Below, in pieces: positions 1-6,959 of a DNA stretch of 30,729 bases (within the stretch, counting starts at the first letter, position 1; the number at the start of each line of letters is the position of its first letter). The DNA lies in contig JBBTXB010000127.1 in the NCBI GenBank assembly GCA_038062475.1, positions 1-30,729 of the forward strand, read 5' to 3'. Both the position numbers and the translations under genes were made by a program. A model generated the notes under the pieces. That model made no database searches. It was not told the origin of the DNA and was given only the letters and a program-made list of their open reading frames with translations. Source of the stretch: Patescibacteria group bacterium (GTDB lineage: Bacteria; Patescibacteriota; Patescibacteriia; JBBTXB01).

Positions 1-85
1 CAGAGGCGGACATTTTAACTTCCCGCAAAGCGGACATTACTACTTCCGTATGACACGCCGCCCCTAACCACCCCCGCCCTAACTA

Positions 86-109
86 GGTACCATTCGTACG
101 AATGGTACC
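86..109. repeat. 24-bp perfect palindrome GGTACCATTCGT/ACGAATGGTACC downstream of the murF stop
   Basis: Self-complementary over its full length. No U-tract follows on the minus strand, so it is a hairpin but not a classic intrinsic terminator. Confidence 0.8.
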
Positions 110-151
110 GCGGCCTAATACGCCAATACGTTAGAGAACAAGGTCAAGAGG

Positions 152-1432
152 TTACTCGATATCTGATACCAAAAGCTCCTTCGCCCGGAGCGGTTCGGCC
201 ATCAGTTCCTTGACCACGCGTTCCATGCGCATCCCACGCGACCCCTTCGCAAGGACAATGTCCCCGCGGCGCAGTCGCTCTTGCACGAATCGCCCGGCTT
301 CTTCCGCAGAGCCGAAGTGAAACACGCGGTCGCTAGACATTCCCGCTTGACTTGCCGCCTCATGGATCGCCCGCGCCCGTTCGCCTACGGCAACGAGAAG
401 GTCAATGCCCAATTCTGCAACATGCCGTCCGACTTCTTCGTGGGCATTATCAGTCTCCGCCCCCAGCTCCAGCATGTCTCCCAGCACGGCGATGCGCCGA
501 GTTTCCTCCGCGATCGGAAGAGATCGCAATGTTTCCAAAGCAGCGCGCATGGAAAGCGGGGAAGCGTTATAAGTGTCATCCAGAATAATCGTGTACTTAA
601 TGCCCGATATTACGCGCATGCGTCCCGGAGGAGGCGCATACGCGTGAAGCGCCTCTGCAATCTCCACCAGATTCATTCCAAAGGCGACGCCCACGGAGGT
701 CGCCGCAAGCGCGGCGTACACATGACTCGTTCCCAATACTCCATCCAGACGCATGGGGACGACTGCGCCGTCAGAGGCCACCTTCGCAGTCATTCCCGCC
801 CCAATTTGTCCGTCTTCATTGTGAGTCAGGGTCGTGGATATGTCCGCTGCGCGCACCGCCGCATCGTCGCTAAACCCATATGTGACTACTCGCGCCTTCG
901 TTTTTGCCGCAGTCGCCATCACCCGTTCATCATCCGCGTTCAAAATCGCCGTCCCATCGGCCGGCAACGCCGCGACAAGCAATGATTTCTCCGCCGCAAC
1001 ACGTTCAATGGTTCCAAAGCGTTCCAAATGCGCGGGACCGATGGCAGTCAAGACTCCGATCTTCGGCGGTGCGATGCGTACGAGAAATTCTATGTCCCCG
1101 GGCCGATCGGCGGCCATTTCAAGCGCCAGTACCTTTGGGTACGTTGCATCGCGGATCATGAGCAGGCCCAGTGCGCGAGCAATCGCACCAAGCCACCGAA
1201 ACGGGGAACGACCCGGAGCGGAAATACCCAGAATGGTCGCCGACACGCCGAATTCCGTATTGTAATTGCCAGGACTTTTCCGGACGCTCATCTTGCTCGC
1301 GAGCACCGCAAAAATCGCCTCTTTCGTTGAGGTTTTTCCCACAGAGCCCGTGATGCCGATGATGAGAGGGCGGTACTTTTTGATTACCGCCCGCGCGAGA
1401 CTTGCAAGCAAATTTTTAGCAAATATTTTCAT
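152..1432 (-). CDS. murF: UDP-N-acetylmuramoyl-tripeptide--D-alanyl-D-alanine ligase (MurF-type Mur ligase)
   Basis: ORF 152..1456. Contains the P-loop GITGSVGKTSTKE plus DDTYNASP and VLGDMLELG motifs typical of MurF, and lies next to ftsI. The track start (TTG at 1456) lies inside the heptamer hairpin, so I use the ATG at 1432 (MKIFAKN...). The start is uncertain. Confidence 0.8.
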   Translation of the reverse strand: MKIFAKNLLASLARAVIKKYRPLIIGITGSVGKTSTKEAIFAVLASKMSVRKSPGNYNTEFGVSATILGISAPGRSPFRWLGAIARALGLLMIRDATYPKVLALEMAADRPGDIEFLVRIAPPKIGVLTAIGPAHLERFGTIERVAAEKSLLVAALPADGTAILNADDERVMATAAKTKARVVTYGFSDDAAVRAADISTTLTHNEDGQIGAGMTAKVASDGAVVPMRLDGVLGTSHVYAALAATSVGVAFGMNLVEIAEALHAYAPPPGRMRVISGIKYTIILDDTYNASPLSMRAALETLRSLPIAEETRRIAVLGDMLELGAETDNAHEEVGRHVAELGIDLLVAVGERARAIHEAASQAGMSSDRVFHFGSAEEAGRFVQERLRRGDIVLAKGSRGMRMERVVKELMAEPLRAKELLVSDIE

Positions 1433-1436
1433 AATG

Positions 1437-1500
1437 TCATGAAACATGAAACGCAAATCAGTCCTTAAACGAATGCTTCATGTTACGTGTTTCATGTTTT
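1437..1500. repeat. Inverted heptamer-array hairpin, CATGAAA family, small copy
   Basis: Left arm CATGAAA CATGAAA; right arm GCTTCAT GTTACGT GTTTCAT GTTTTAT. CATGAAACA (1438-1446) pairs with TGTTTCATG (1488-1496). Lies between the ftsI stop and the murF start. Confidence 0.7.
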
Positions 1501-3283
1501 ATCTCTCCGGCGGTACTTCGTAATACTGTAGCAGAAATGCCGCTAATTCGCCAAAAAGCGGCGCGGCTGTTGATTCCGCCCATATTACATCGCGCGGGCG
1601 GTCAATTTTCACGAGCATCACGAACTTCGGGTCATCCGCCGGAGCAAAGCCCGCAAATGAACCGATGGTGACATCGGGGTCGTATCCGCCTCCCGGCTTC
1701 GGCACCTGCGCCGTGCCCGTTTTTCCGGCAACGTAATATCCTGGCACTCCGGCGCGCTTCCCATGCCCGCGCTCCACCACCGAAGTGAGCATCCCGGCGA
1801 TAAATTTTGAAGTACGCGGAGAAATCACTTCGCGCAGTACGCGCGGAGAAGTAACTTCCTTTGTTCCGTCGCTTCGTCTCACTTCCGCGACAATATACGG
1901 CTTCATGAGCTTCCCGCCGTTTGCGAGCGCGCCATAGGCCGCGACGAGCTGAAGGGGCGTTACGGCGATCCCTTGGCCGAACGATGCCGTCACGGCATAA
2001 ATTTCTCCACTCTTCCGCAAGGCGGCTGTGTCGCCCCGCACTTCATTCCCAAGCTCAACGCCGGTCGCCTCCCCGAACCCGAAGCTCTCCACATATTTCC
2101 GAAACGTACGCGCGCCCACGGTGCGCATGGCGTAAACCGCGCCGGTGTTCAAAGATTGATCCAGCACCTGCGTCATGGTCTGCACGCCATACGCTTTGCC
2201 GTCGGAATTCCGAATAGTATCAGGCGGAATGCGCACCTCCCCGGTATCCGTATAGGTCGTTTCCGGCTTGACCTTCCCCTCCTCAAGCGCGATTGACATG
2301 GTAATGGACTTGAAAATGGACCCCGGCTCATATTGATACGATATGGCCGGATTGTTATATACCTGCAAATCATCCACCTCGGCGTAACTGTTGGGGTCGT
2401 AATCGGGTGCGGAGCATATGGCGATGATGGCGCCCGTCGCCGGTTCGGCAATAACCACCGTCCCGCCATCGGCGCCGTGCCGCGCGACCGCGGCGCGCAA
2501 TTTAGCGCAAGCGACAAACTGAACCGTTCGATCAACGGTAAGAAGAAGGTCGGCGCCGTCTTTTGCAGTCGCGATCTCCACCGTGCCTACTGAAATGAGG
2601 CGTCCGTGCGCATCGCGCTCCGATCGCAGCGAACCGGCTTCGCCAGCGAGCTCTTTCTGCCAAAAGCCCTCCAACCCGTACCGGCCGCCCTTTCTTCCCT
2701 CGGCGTCAGAGCCGACAAAGCCGAGCACATGACCGCCAAAATCTTTTTCCGGATACGTCCGCAGCTGTTCGGGAGCGGCATCAATGCCAGCGAGACTCAA
2801 TTTTTTAATTTCTGCCAATGTTTCTTTGGATACGCCGTGAGCGAGTGGCTCATACGGATCATCGGGGCGATCCAGACGCGCAAGAAGCGCCATCTCATCC
2901 ACACCCAAAACGCGCGCAAGATGCGCAGCGGCTCCGTTCGGATTCGTCACTTTCCGAGGATCCGCGTACACGAGAAAAAGTTCCCGATTCGCAGCAACCG
3001 GCGTTTCCCTGCCCAGACGGTCACGCACCATGATGCTCCCCCGCTCCGGAAACAGGTCGCGGTAAATTGAGTGCGTTCCCGCCGCGAGGGCTGCGTAGTA
3101 ATCGTAATTAAAAATTTGCAGGACAAGGAGGCGGAGGATAATCGCCACGCCCAAAAACCACGAAATGCCAAGCATGATTCGCAGCCGTCTTCCGTCCACC
3201 GACCGTTCTCCGGCCGAACTCCGGCCCCGATAGCTATCGGGACGCGGGAACCGTTCACGATATGTGCTGCGAACGCGTCTCAT
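1499..3283 (-). CDS. ftsI: Class B penicillin-binding protein / peptidoglycan D,D-transpeptidase (FtsI/PBP2-like)
   Basis: Transpeptidase motifs SxxK (SIFKS), SxN (SLNTG) and KTG (GKTGTAQ). N-terminal TM helix. Start overlaps the rarA stop in ATGA. Adjacent to murF. Confidence 0.85.
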   Translation of the reverse strand: MRRVRSTYRERFPRPDSYRGRSSAGERSVDGRRLRIMLGISWFLGVAIILRLLVLQIFNYDYYAALAAGTHSIYRDLFPERGSIMVRDRLGRETPVAANRELFLVYADPRKVTNPNGAAAHLARVLGVDEMALLARLDRPDDPYEPLAHGVSKETLAEIKKLSLAGIDAAPEQLRTYPEKDFGGHVLGFVGSDAEGRKGGRYGLEGFWQKELAGEAGSLRSERDAHGRLISVGTVEIATAKDGADLLLTVDRTVQFVACAKLRAAVARHGADGGTVVIAEPATGAIIAICSAPDYDPNSYAEVDDLQVYNNPAISYQYEPGSIFKSITMSIALEEGKVKPETTYTDTGEVRIPPDTIRNSDGKAYGVQTMTQVLDQSLNTGAVYAMRTVGARTFRKYVESFGFGEATGVELGNEVRGDTAALRKSGEIYAVTASFGQGIAVTPLQLVAAYGALANGGKLMKPYIVAEVRRSDGTKEVTSPRVLREVISPRTSKFIAGMLTSVVERGHGKRAGVPGYYVAGKTGTAQVPKPGGGYDPDVTIGSFAGFAPADDPKFVMLVKIDRPRDVIWAESTAAPLFGELAAFLLQYYEVPPER

Positions 3284-4542
3284 TGTTGAAAATACTTTCT
3301 TCCCTTTAAGCCGGGCGGCAAGTAGTCCTGCTCCACCGACTCCTCGTGGTCGGGATTGTACCGGTAGCCGGCCCCGTAGCCGAGTTCCTTCATGAGCGCT
3401 GTAGACGCATTGCGGAGATGAAGCGGAACGGGTTCATTCGGACACTCGCGGAGATCATTCTTCACTTCCCCATAGGCGCGGTAGAGAGCGTTGGATTTTG
3501 GAGCGCGGGCAAGGTATGCCACCGCTTGAGCCAAATTCACGGAGCATTCGGGCATGCCTACGCAGTGCGCCGCATGGTAGGCCGCAACCGCCTGGGGAAG
3601 CGCCTGCGGGTCGGCAAGTCCGATGTCTTCAGAGGCGAAGCGAATGAGCCGCCGAGCAACATAGAGCGGGTCCTCACCCGCCTCCAGCATCCGCCCCAAC
3701 CAGTAGAGTGCCGCATCGGCATCCGAGCCGCGCATGGACTTGTGGAGCGCAGAGATGATGTTGTAATGCTCGGCTCCGGCGCGGTCGTACCGGAGGGTGC
3801 GTTTCTGGAGGGCGTCAGAGAGCGTTTTCTTCTCTAATTGTATCACCCCGGATGCGTTCGGAGGAGTGGCGGCGACCGCGAGCTCCAGCGCAGAAAGGGC
3901 GACCCGGGCATCCCCATCAGCAACCGAGGCGAGGAAATCTTCCGCCTCCGCCGAAAGAACGACGGCTTGTCCACCAAGACCGTGCTCGGAGTCCACGAGC
4001 GCACGGCGAATAATCTGCCGCAAAGCATCGGGAGAAAGCAGCGCTAGGGTAAAAACGCGCGCGCGGGAGAGGAGCGCTGAGTTTACTTCAAAAGACGGGT
4101 TCTCCGTCGTCGCGCCGATCAAAGTGATGCGCCCGTCTTCCACATACGGAAGGAGTGCGTCCTGCTGCGACTTATTCCAGCGGTGAATCTCGTCCAAAAA
4201 GAGGATGGTGCGCGTTCCGCGCATCTTCCGCCGCTCCTCCGCATCCTGGAGAATCGTCCGCAGCTCCGCCAGGCCGCCGGCGACTGCCGAGAGCTGCACG
4301 AACGCCGAACTGGTCATGCGGGCAATGATGCGGGCGAGCGTCGTCTTGCCCGTTCCGGGCGGTCCCCAGAGAATCATTGACGGCGGCTCACCGCGAAGAA
4401 GAAGCGTCCGCAGGAGGGAGCCGGGGGCGGTAAGCGCGTCCTGTCCCACGAAATCTTCCAGAGCCGTCGGCCGCATCCGGTCGGCAAGCGGCGCCTCCCG
4501 CGCCAGGGTCTTCTTCAGTTGATAATCAAACATGTCAGACAT
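3280..4542 (-). CDS. rarA: Replication-associated recombination protein A (RarA/MgsA AAA+ ATPase)
   Basis: Walker A GPPGTGKTTLA, Walker B ILFLDEIHR, and a C-terminal MgsA-type segment HYNIISALHKSMRGSDADAALYWLGRML. Confidence 0.9.
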   Translation of the reverse strand: MSDMFDYQLKKTLAREAPLADRMRPTALEDFVGQDALTAPGSLLRTLLLRGEPPSMILWGPPGTGKTTLARIIARMTSSAFVQLSAVAGGLAELRTILQDAEERRKMRGTRTILFLDEIHRWNKSQQDALLPYVEDGRITLIGATTENPSFEVNSALLSRARVFTLALLSPDALRQIIRRALVDSEHGLGGQAVVLSAEAEDFLASVADGDARVALSALELAVAATPPNASGVIQLEKKTLSDALQKRTLRYDRAGAEHYNIISALHKSMRGSDADAALYWLGRMLEAGEDPLYVARRLIRFASEDIGLADPQALPQAVAAYHAAHCVGMPECSVNLAQAVAYLARAPKSNALYRAYGEVKNDLRECPNEPVPLHLRNASTALMKELGYGAGYRYNPDHEESVEQDYLPPGLKGRKYFQQ

Positions 4543-4544
4543 AA

Positions 4545-4686
4545 GTCACGGAGCATGAAGCATTCATTCATTCATGGTTCGACTTCGCTCACCATCCTGA
4601 GCCTGTCGAAGGAAGGAATGCGCTCCGCGCCTTGTACTTATATGTTCCGTGTTTTGTGTTCCGTGTTCCATGCTTTGTGTTCCATG
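4545..4686. repeat. Composite intergenic element: 77-bp conserved core (4554-4630) plus a six-unit heptamer array (4644-4685)
   Basis: The core CATGAAGCATTCATTCA..TGGTTCGACTTCGCTCACCATCCTGAGCCTGTCGAAGGAAGGAATGCGCTCCGCGC recurs at 6842-6914. The array reads GTTCCGT GTTTTGT GTTCCGT GTTCCAT GCTTTGT GTTCCAT. Confidence 0.85.
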
Positions 4687-4728
4687 TCGGCAGGGGCATT
4701 GTAATCGGAAGCCCGTCTCTCGTACAAT

Positions 4729-4806
4729 GAGACTGTAGAAAAACGTTTTTATTCCCTGAGCTTGTCGATTCGCCTCGGGCGAATTCGGTCATTTTTTTAC
4801 AGTCTC
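4729..4806. mobile_element. MITE-like element with about 15-bp terminal inverted repeats (GAGACTGTAGAAAAA ... TTTTTTTACAGTCTC)
   Basis: The inverted repeats are read directly. The interior carries a CCTGAGCTTGTCGA half-core (4755-4768) and the hairpin ATTCGCC-TCG-GGCGAAT. A 40-bp homologue lies in the opposite orientation at 19980-20019. Confidence 0.6.
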
Positions 4807-4836
4807 ACAATAGAACGCAGCACGCGAGGAGAACCC

Positions 4837-4956
4837 ATGCGACCAAACGAACCCGGCATCGGCACCGGCCTCATCATCCCCACGATTGCCCTCATCGCCA
4901 TGCTTGTGGTGCTTGATACGATTCTCGGCCCGTTTCTCACGAAGGGCTGCTACTAG
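4837..4956 (+). CDS. Small (39 aa) single-pass membrane protein, hypothetical
   Basis: AGGAG lies 5 nt upstream of the ATG at 4837. Product MRPNEPGIGTGLIIPTIALIAMLVVLDTILGPFLTKGCY has one hydrophobic helix. An intrinsic terminator follows at 4965-4990. Confidence 0.5.
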   Translation: MRPNEPGIGTGLIIPTIALIAMLVVLDTILGPFLTKGCY

Positions 4957-4964
4957 ACGCCGTT

Positions 4965-4990
4965 GCCCTGAACATATTCGGGGCTTTTTT
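4965..4990 (+). terminator. Rho-independent terminator
   Basis: Hairpin GCCCTGAA-CATA-TTCGGGGC followed by TTTTTT. Confidence 0.6.
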
Positions 4991-4993
4991 ATG

Positions 4994-5029
4994 AAAAAAC
5001 ACACCCAAACGAGTTGGGGTGTGTTTTTT
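4994..5029. terminator. Bidirectional intrinsic terminator ending the minus-strand tRNA array
   Basis: AAAAAA, then stem CACACCC/GGGTGTG, then TTTTTT. Lies immediately 3' of the tRNA cluster on the minus strand. Confidence 0.7.
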
Positions 5030-5055
5030 CGGGGCGATCCCGCCGTGGCGGGACG
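5030..5055 (-). pseudogene. Orphan fragment of a tRNA-like 3' end (variant T-arm plus acceptor strand)
   Basis: The minus strand reads GTCCCGCCACGGCGGGATCGCCCCG. This nearly matches the 3' 25 nt of the variant tRNA-like genes at 5188-5259 and 5525-5596. Confidence 0.6.
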
Positions 5056-5089
5056 ATTCGGCACGTCATGGCTCACTTTCGTCAAATAA

Positions 5090-5161
5090 TCGGGGCGACA
5101 GGATTTGAACCTGCGGCCTCACGGTCCCGAACCGTGCGCGCTACCGCTGCGCCACGCCCCG
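5090..5161 (-). tRNA. tRNA-Pro (anticodon CGG), canonical
   Basis: Manual fold: CGGGGCG-TG-GCGC-AGCGGTA-GCGC-G-CACGG-TTCGGGA-CCGTG-AGGCC-GCAGG-TTCAAAT-CCTGT-CGCCCCG-A. It is 72 nt, with a canonical T-loop and no encoded CCA. Confidence 0.9.
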
Positions 5162-5259
5162 ATTATTTGACGAATTTTCAATGTTTGTCGGGGCGATCCC
5201 GCGTGGCGGGACGGCCTCTCGATCCCGAACCGAGCGCACTACCGCTGTGCTACGCCCCG
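5142..5259. repeat. 118-bp direct repeat, copy 1 (partner 5479-5596, one mismatch)
   Basis: Aligned by eye. On the minus strand it covers a whole variant tRNA-like gene, a 27-nt spacer and the first 20 nt of tRNA-Pro. Confidence 0.9.
5188..5259 (-). tRNA. tRNA-Pro(CGG)-like gene with a non-canonical T-arm (possible pseudo-tRNA or tRNA-like element), copy A
   Basis: The acceptor, D-arm and anticodon arm (loop TTCGGGA) fold normally. The T-arm is GTCCC-GCCACGC-GGGAT, which lacks the TTC(R)A T-loop and can instead form a 6-bp stem with a 3-nt loop. Confidence 0.45.
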
Positions 5260-5478
5260 ACCACGATACGAACATTATAATCGGTTTTGCCGAACATGGT
5301 GCCGCCCGTCTTGCCGGTTCGGACTGAAGCAGTTCAGTCCTCACTCCGGCTCGACCCCACTCACCGTGCGCGCTTCGGCGTTGTCCTCGCAGAGCGAGGA
5401 TTACTGCAAATAATCTGTCGCCGGAGGGCGACACCTTGCGCCGCCTGCCGCCCGGTGTCCGCCGAAAGCGGACCGGCA
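5260..5478 (-). ncRNA. Candidate structured RNA of 219 nt bracketed by tRNA-like modules
   Basis: No credible ORF. At least four strong local hairpins: 5321-5340, 5384-5400, 5416-5433 (tetraloop) and 5457-5473. It is flanked by the 118-bp repeats. Strand is assumed from co-orientation with the tRNAs. Confidence 0.3.
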
Positions 5479-5498
5479 TACCGCTGCGCCACGCCCCG
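5479..5498 (-). pseudogene. Orphan 5' fragment (20 nt) of tRNA-Pro
   Basis: The minus strand reads CGGGGCGTGGCGCAGCGGTA, identical to the first 20 nt of the canonical tRNA-Pro, then diverges. Confidence 0.7.
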
Positions 5499-5524
5499 AT
5501 TATTTGACGAATTTTCAATGTTTG

Positions 5525-5596
5525 TCGGGGCGATCCCGCGTGGCGGGACGGCCTCTCGGTCCCGAACCGAGCGCACTACCGCTGTGCTACGCCCCG
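5525..5596 (-). tRNA. tRNA-Pro(CGG)-like gene with a non-canonical T-arm, copy B
   Basis: Same fold as copy A, with a fully paired anticodon stem CTCGG/CCGAG. The T-arm is GTCCC-GCCACGC-GGGAT. Confidence 0.45.
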
Positions 5597-5725
5597 GCCA
5601 GGGGATGAATTCTTTAAATGATCTCTCGCCAAACATCGCGCCGCCCGTCTCACCGAACGTACTGTCGCCGCGCCATACGGATATTAACAAAGCCGATTGT
5701 TGCACAGAATAACCGATTTCCGATT

Positions 5726-5772
5726 AAAAGAAAAGCCCACCTAAATCCGCCTTGAGGCAGACTTGGGCGGGC
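5726..5772 (-). terminator. Rho-independent terminator after the 48-aa gene
   Basis: On the minus strand: stem GCCCGCC ... GGTGGGC (one G-U pair) followed by TTTTCTTTT. Confidence 0.55.
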
Positions 5773-5779
5773 AACCGGA

Positions 5780-5926
5780 TCACTTCTTGGCGTCCACGTT
5801 GACACCGAGCTTCTGGCGGAGCTTCACGAGGCGCTCGGGGCGCTTGGGGTTCACCGTCCAGAAGCACCAGCCGAAGAAAAAAAGCGCGGGAATGATAACT
5901 GCCAAGCGATACAGAACCTCTTTCAT
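5780..5926 (-). CDS. Small (48 aa) membrane protein, hypothetical. Below the ORF-track length cutoff.
   Basis: Hand translation: MKEVLYRLAVIIPALFFFGWCFWTVNPKRPERLVKLRQKLGVNVDAKK. It has one TM helix, starts 15 nt after the upstream gene's stop, and is followed by a terminator. The SD is weak. Confidence 0.45.
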   Translation of the reverse strand: MKEVLYRLAVIIPALFFFGWCFWTVNPKRPERLVKLRQKLGVNVDAKK

Positions 5927-5941
5927 GGCAACCTACGTTGC

Positions 5942-6184
5942 TCAAATTTCAATCTGCTCAATCATGAGCCCCGCTTCTATCGCGTGCTCCTGAACCTCGA
6001 ATTCGTGCGCAGCGGCGATCTCGAGGTTCCCCATCATCTCGCCGACGAAGCGCTCACGCGCACGCATCATCGCGTCGGCATCCGATCGCGCCGAGTGCAC
6101 TATGGCGACCATGTACTTGGGATCGGCAGTCGGCAGCGGTTCGTGGTACCAACGGTATACGAACAGACGCAGCTTGCTATCCAT
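5942..6184 (-). CDS. Hypothetical protein (80 aa)
   Basis: The ORF runs 5942..6235. I prefer the internal ATG at 6184 (MDSKLRLFVY...), which is preceded by GGAGAGGAG. The longer form would overlap the cobO-like stop. Confidence 0.5.
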   Translation of the reverse strand: MDSKLRLFVYRWYHEPLPTADPKYMVAIVHSARSDADAMMRARERFVGEMMGNLEIAAAHEFEVQEHAIEAGLMIEQIEI

Positions 6185-6234
6185 GCAATTCTCCTCTCCA
6201 TGAAGCGCAACGTCCAACCATACCCCGTTTCGCA

Positions 6235-6816
6235 TTAAAAGTCAATCCCCTCGCGAGCGCGGATGCCTTTGTAAAAATAGTGTTTTACGAGCTTCATTTC
6301 AGTCACCAAATCGGCCTCGTTCAAAATTTCATCCGGCGCGCGGCGTCCGGTTACGATAACCTCAATATCCTTTGGGCGCGAGCGCAGAAGCGCGAGCGCG
6401 CTCCGCAGGGGTAGCATCCCCAATGAAACGGTCGTATTTAACTCATCCAAAATGATGAGGTTGTACTTTTTATTCGTCAAAAATTTCTTCGCCGCGGCAA
6501 GCCCACGACGCGCTTCTCTCTTGTCAGCCAGAGTCACGCCGAAACGAAAGCGGCCGGTAGTCGGATCAATCCGATCCAGTCCGGTCGCCACATAATCAAC
6601 CCGGCCGGTTGGTTTCGGAGGTTTGTACGAACCGTATACAGCGGAGAGGAACGGCCCTCCTTTGACTGCCTCTAAAAAGCGGCGTTCGGAATAATGCGTG
6701 CCGCCTTTGTCAAAATAAACAATGGCGACGCGCCCACCGGAGGCGGCAGCGCGAACCGCGGCGCCAAGCGCGGCGGTCGTCTTGCCTTTCCCATCACCCG
6801 TATAAACCTGAAGCAT
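6235..6816 (-). CDS. cobO: Cob(I)alamin/cob(I)yrinic acid a,c-diamide adenosyltransferase (CobA/CobO/BtuR family)
   Basis: Motifs VYTGDGKGKTTAALG (P-loop), LIILDELN and IVTGRRAPDEILNEADLVTEM...GIRAREGIDF. The first 13 residues of the track ORF are encoded by the heptamer repeat element, so the start is set to the ATG at 6816. Confidence 0.8.
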   Translation of the reverse strand: MLQVYTGDGKGKTTAALGAAVRAAASGGRVAIVYFDKGGTHYSERRFLEAVKGGPFLSAVYGSYKPPKPTGRVDYVATGLDRIDPTTGRFRFGVTLADKREARRGLAAAKKFLTNKKYNLIILDELNTTVSLGMLPLRSALALLRSRPKDIEVIVTGRRAPDEILNEADLVTEMKLVKHYFYKGIRAREGIDF

Positions 6817-6820
6817 ATAA

Positions 6821-6955
6821 CATGAAACATGGAGCACGTAACATGAAGCATTCATTCATGGTTCGACTTCGCTCACCATCCTGAGCATGTCGAAGGAAGG
6901 AGTGCGCTCCGCGCTTCGCACTCAATGTTCCATGCTTCAAGTTTCATGCTTCATG
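6821..6955. repeat. Inverted heptamer-array element of the CATGAAA family, with a 73-bp conserved core (6842-6914)
   Basis: Left arm CATGAAA CATGGAG CACGTAA CATGAAG; right arm GTTCCAT GCTTCAA GTTTCAT GCTTCAT. The core is shared with 4554-4630 and contains the hairpin TTCGAC-ttc-GCTCA-ccatcc-TGAGC-at-GTCGAA. Confidence 0.85.
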
Positions 6956-6959
6956 ACAA

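Larger units (their letters stand above)
5479..5596. repeat. 118-bp direct repeat, copy 2
   Basis: See copy 1 at 5142-5259. The period is 337 bp. Confidence 0.9.

Noticed and set aside
1-60. The short direct repeat GCGGACATT (6-14 and 30-38) at the window edge, as part of a mobile element or regulatory site.
   Set aside because: It is only 9 bp, has only two copies, and is truncated by the window boundary. There is not enough context to interpret it.
5188-5498. tmRNA (ssrA) spanning the orphan tRNA 5' fragment, the 219-nt segment and the variant tRNA-like 3' end.
   Set aside because: - The 5' end does not resemble the conserved GGGG..GA..GG.UUCGACG start.
- The T-loop lacks the conserved UUCRAAU.
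- I found no short tag frame ending in hydrophobic residues plus a stop.
5260-5498. Group I intron interrupting a tRNA-Pro gene.
   Set aside because: - The putative 5' exon ends in the D-loop, not the anticodon loop.
- The downstream sequence is a complete tRNA-like gene rather than a 3' exon.
- Only a few short strings resemble group I cores.

I keep it only as a low-probability test under the ncRNA finding.
4589-5705. ORFs 4589-4792, 4789-5085, 5014-5280, 5141-5518, 5287-5712 and 5361-5705 as protein genes.
   Set aside because: They run through repeat elements, terminators and tRNA or tRNA-like genes. They lack SDs, and their products are low-complexity.
6817-6855. Longer N-termini given in the ORF track for several genes:
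- cobO-like (6855)
- murF (1456)
- Ubl (15214)
- the Cys-rich membrane protein (21439)
- the thioredoxin-like protein (22271)
- hicA (26532)
- the 80-aa gene (6235)
- the membrane protein starting at 19361
   Set aside because: The extensions either lie within repeat elements, overlap the upstream gene substantially, or begin at non-ATG codons without an SD. Downstream starts give family-typical N-termini or better SDs.
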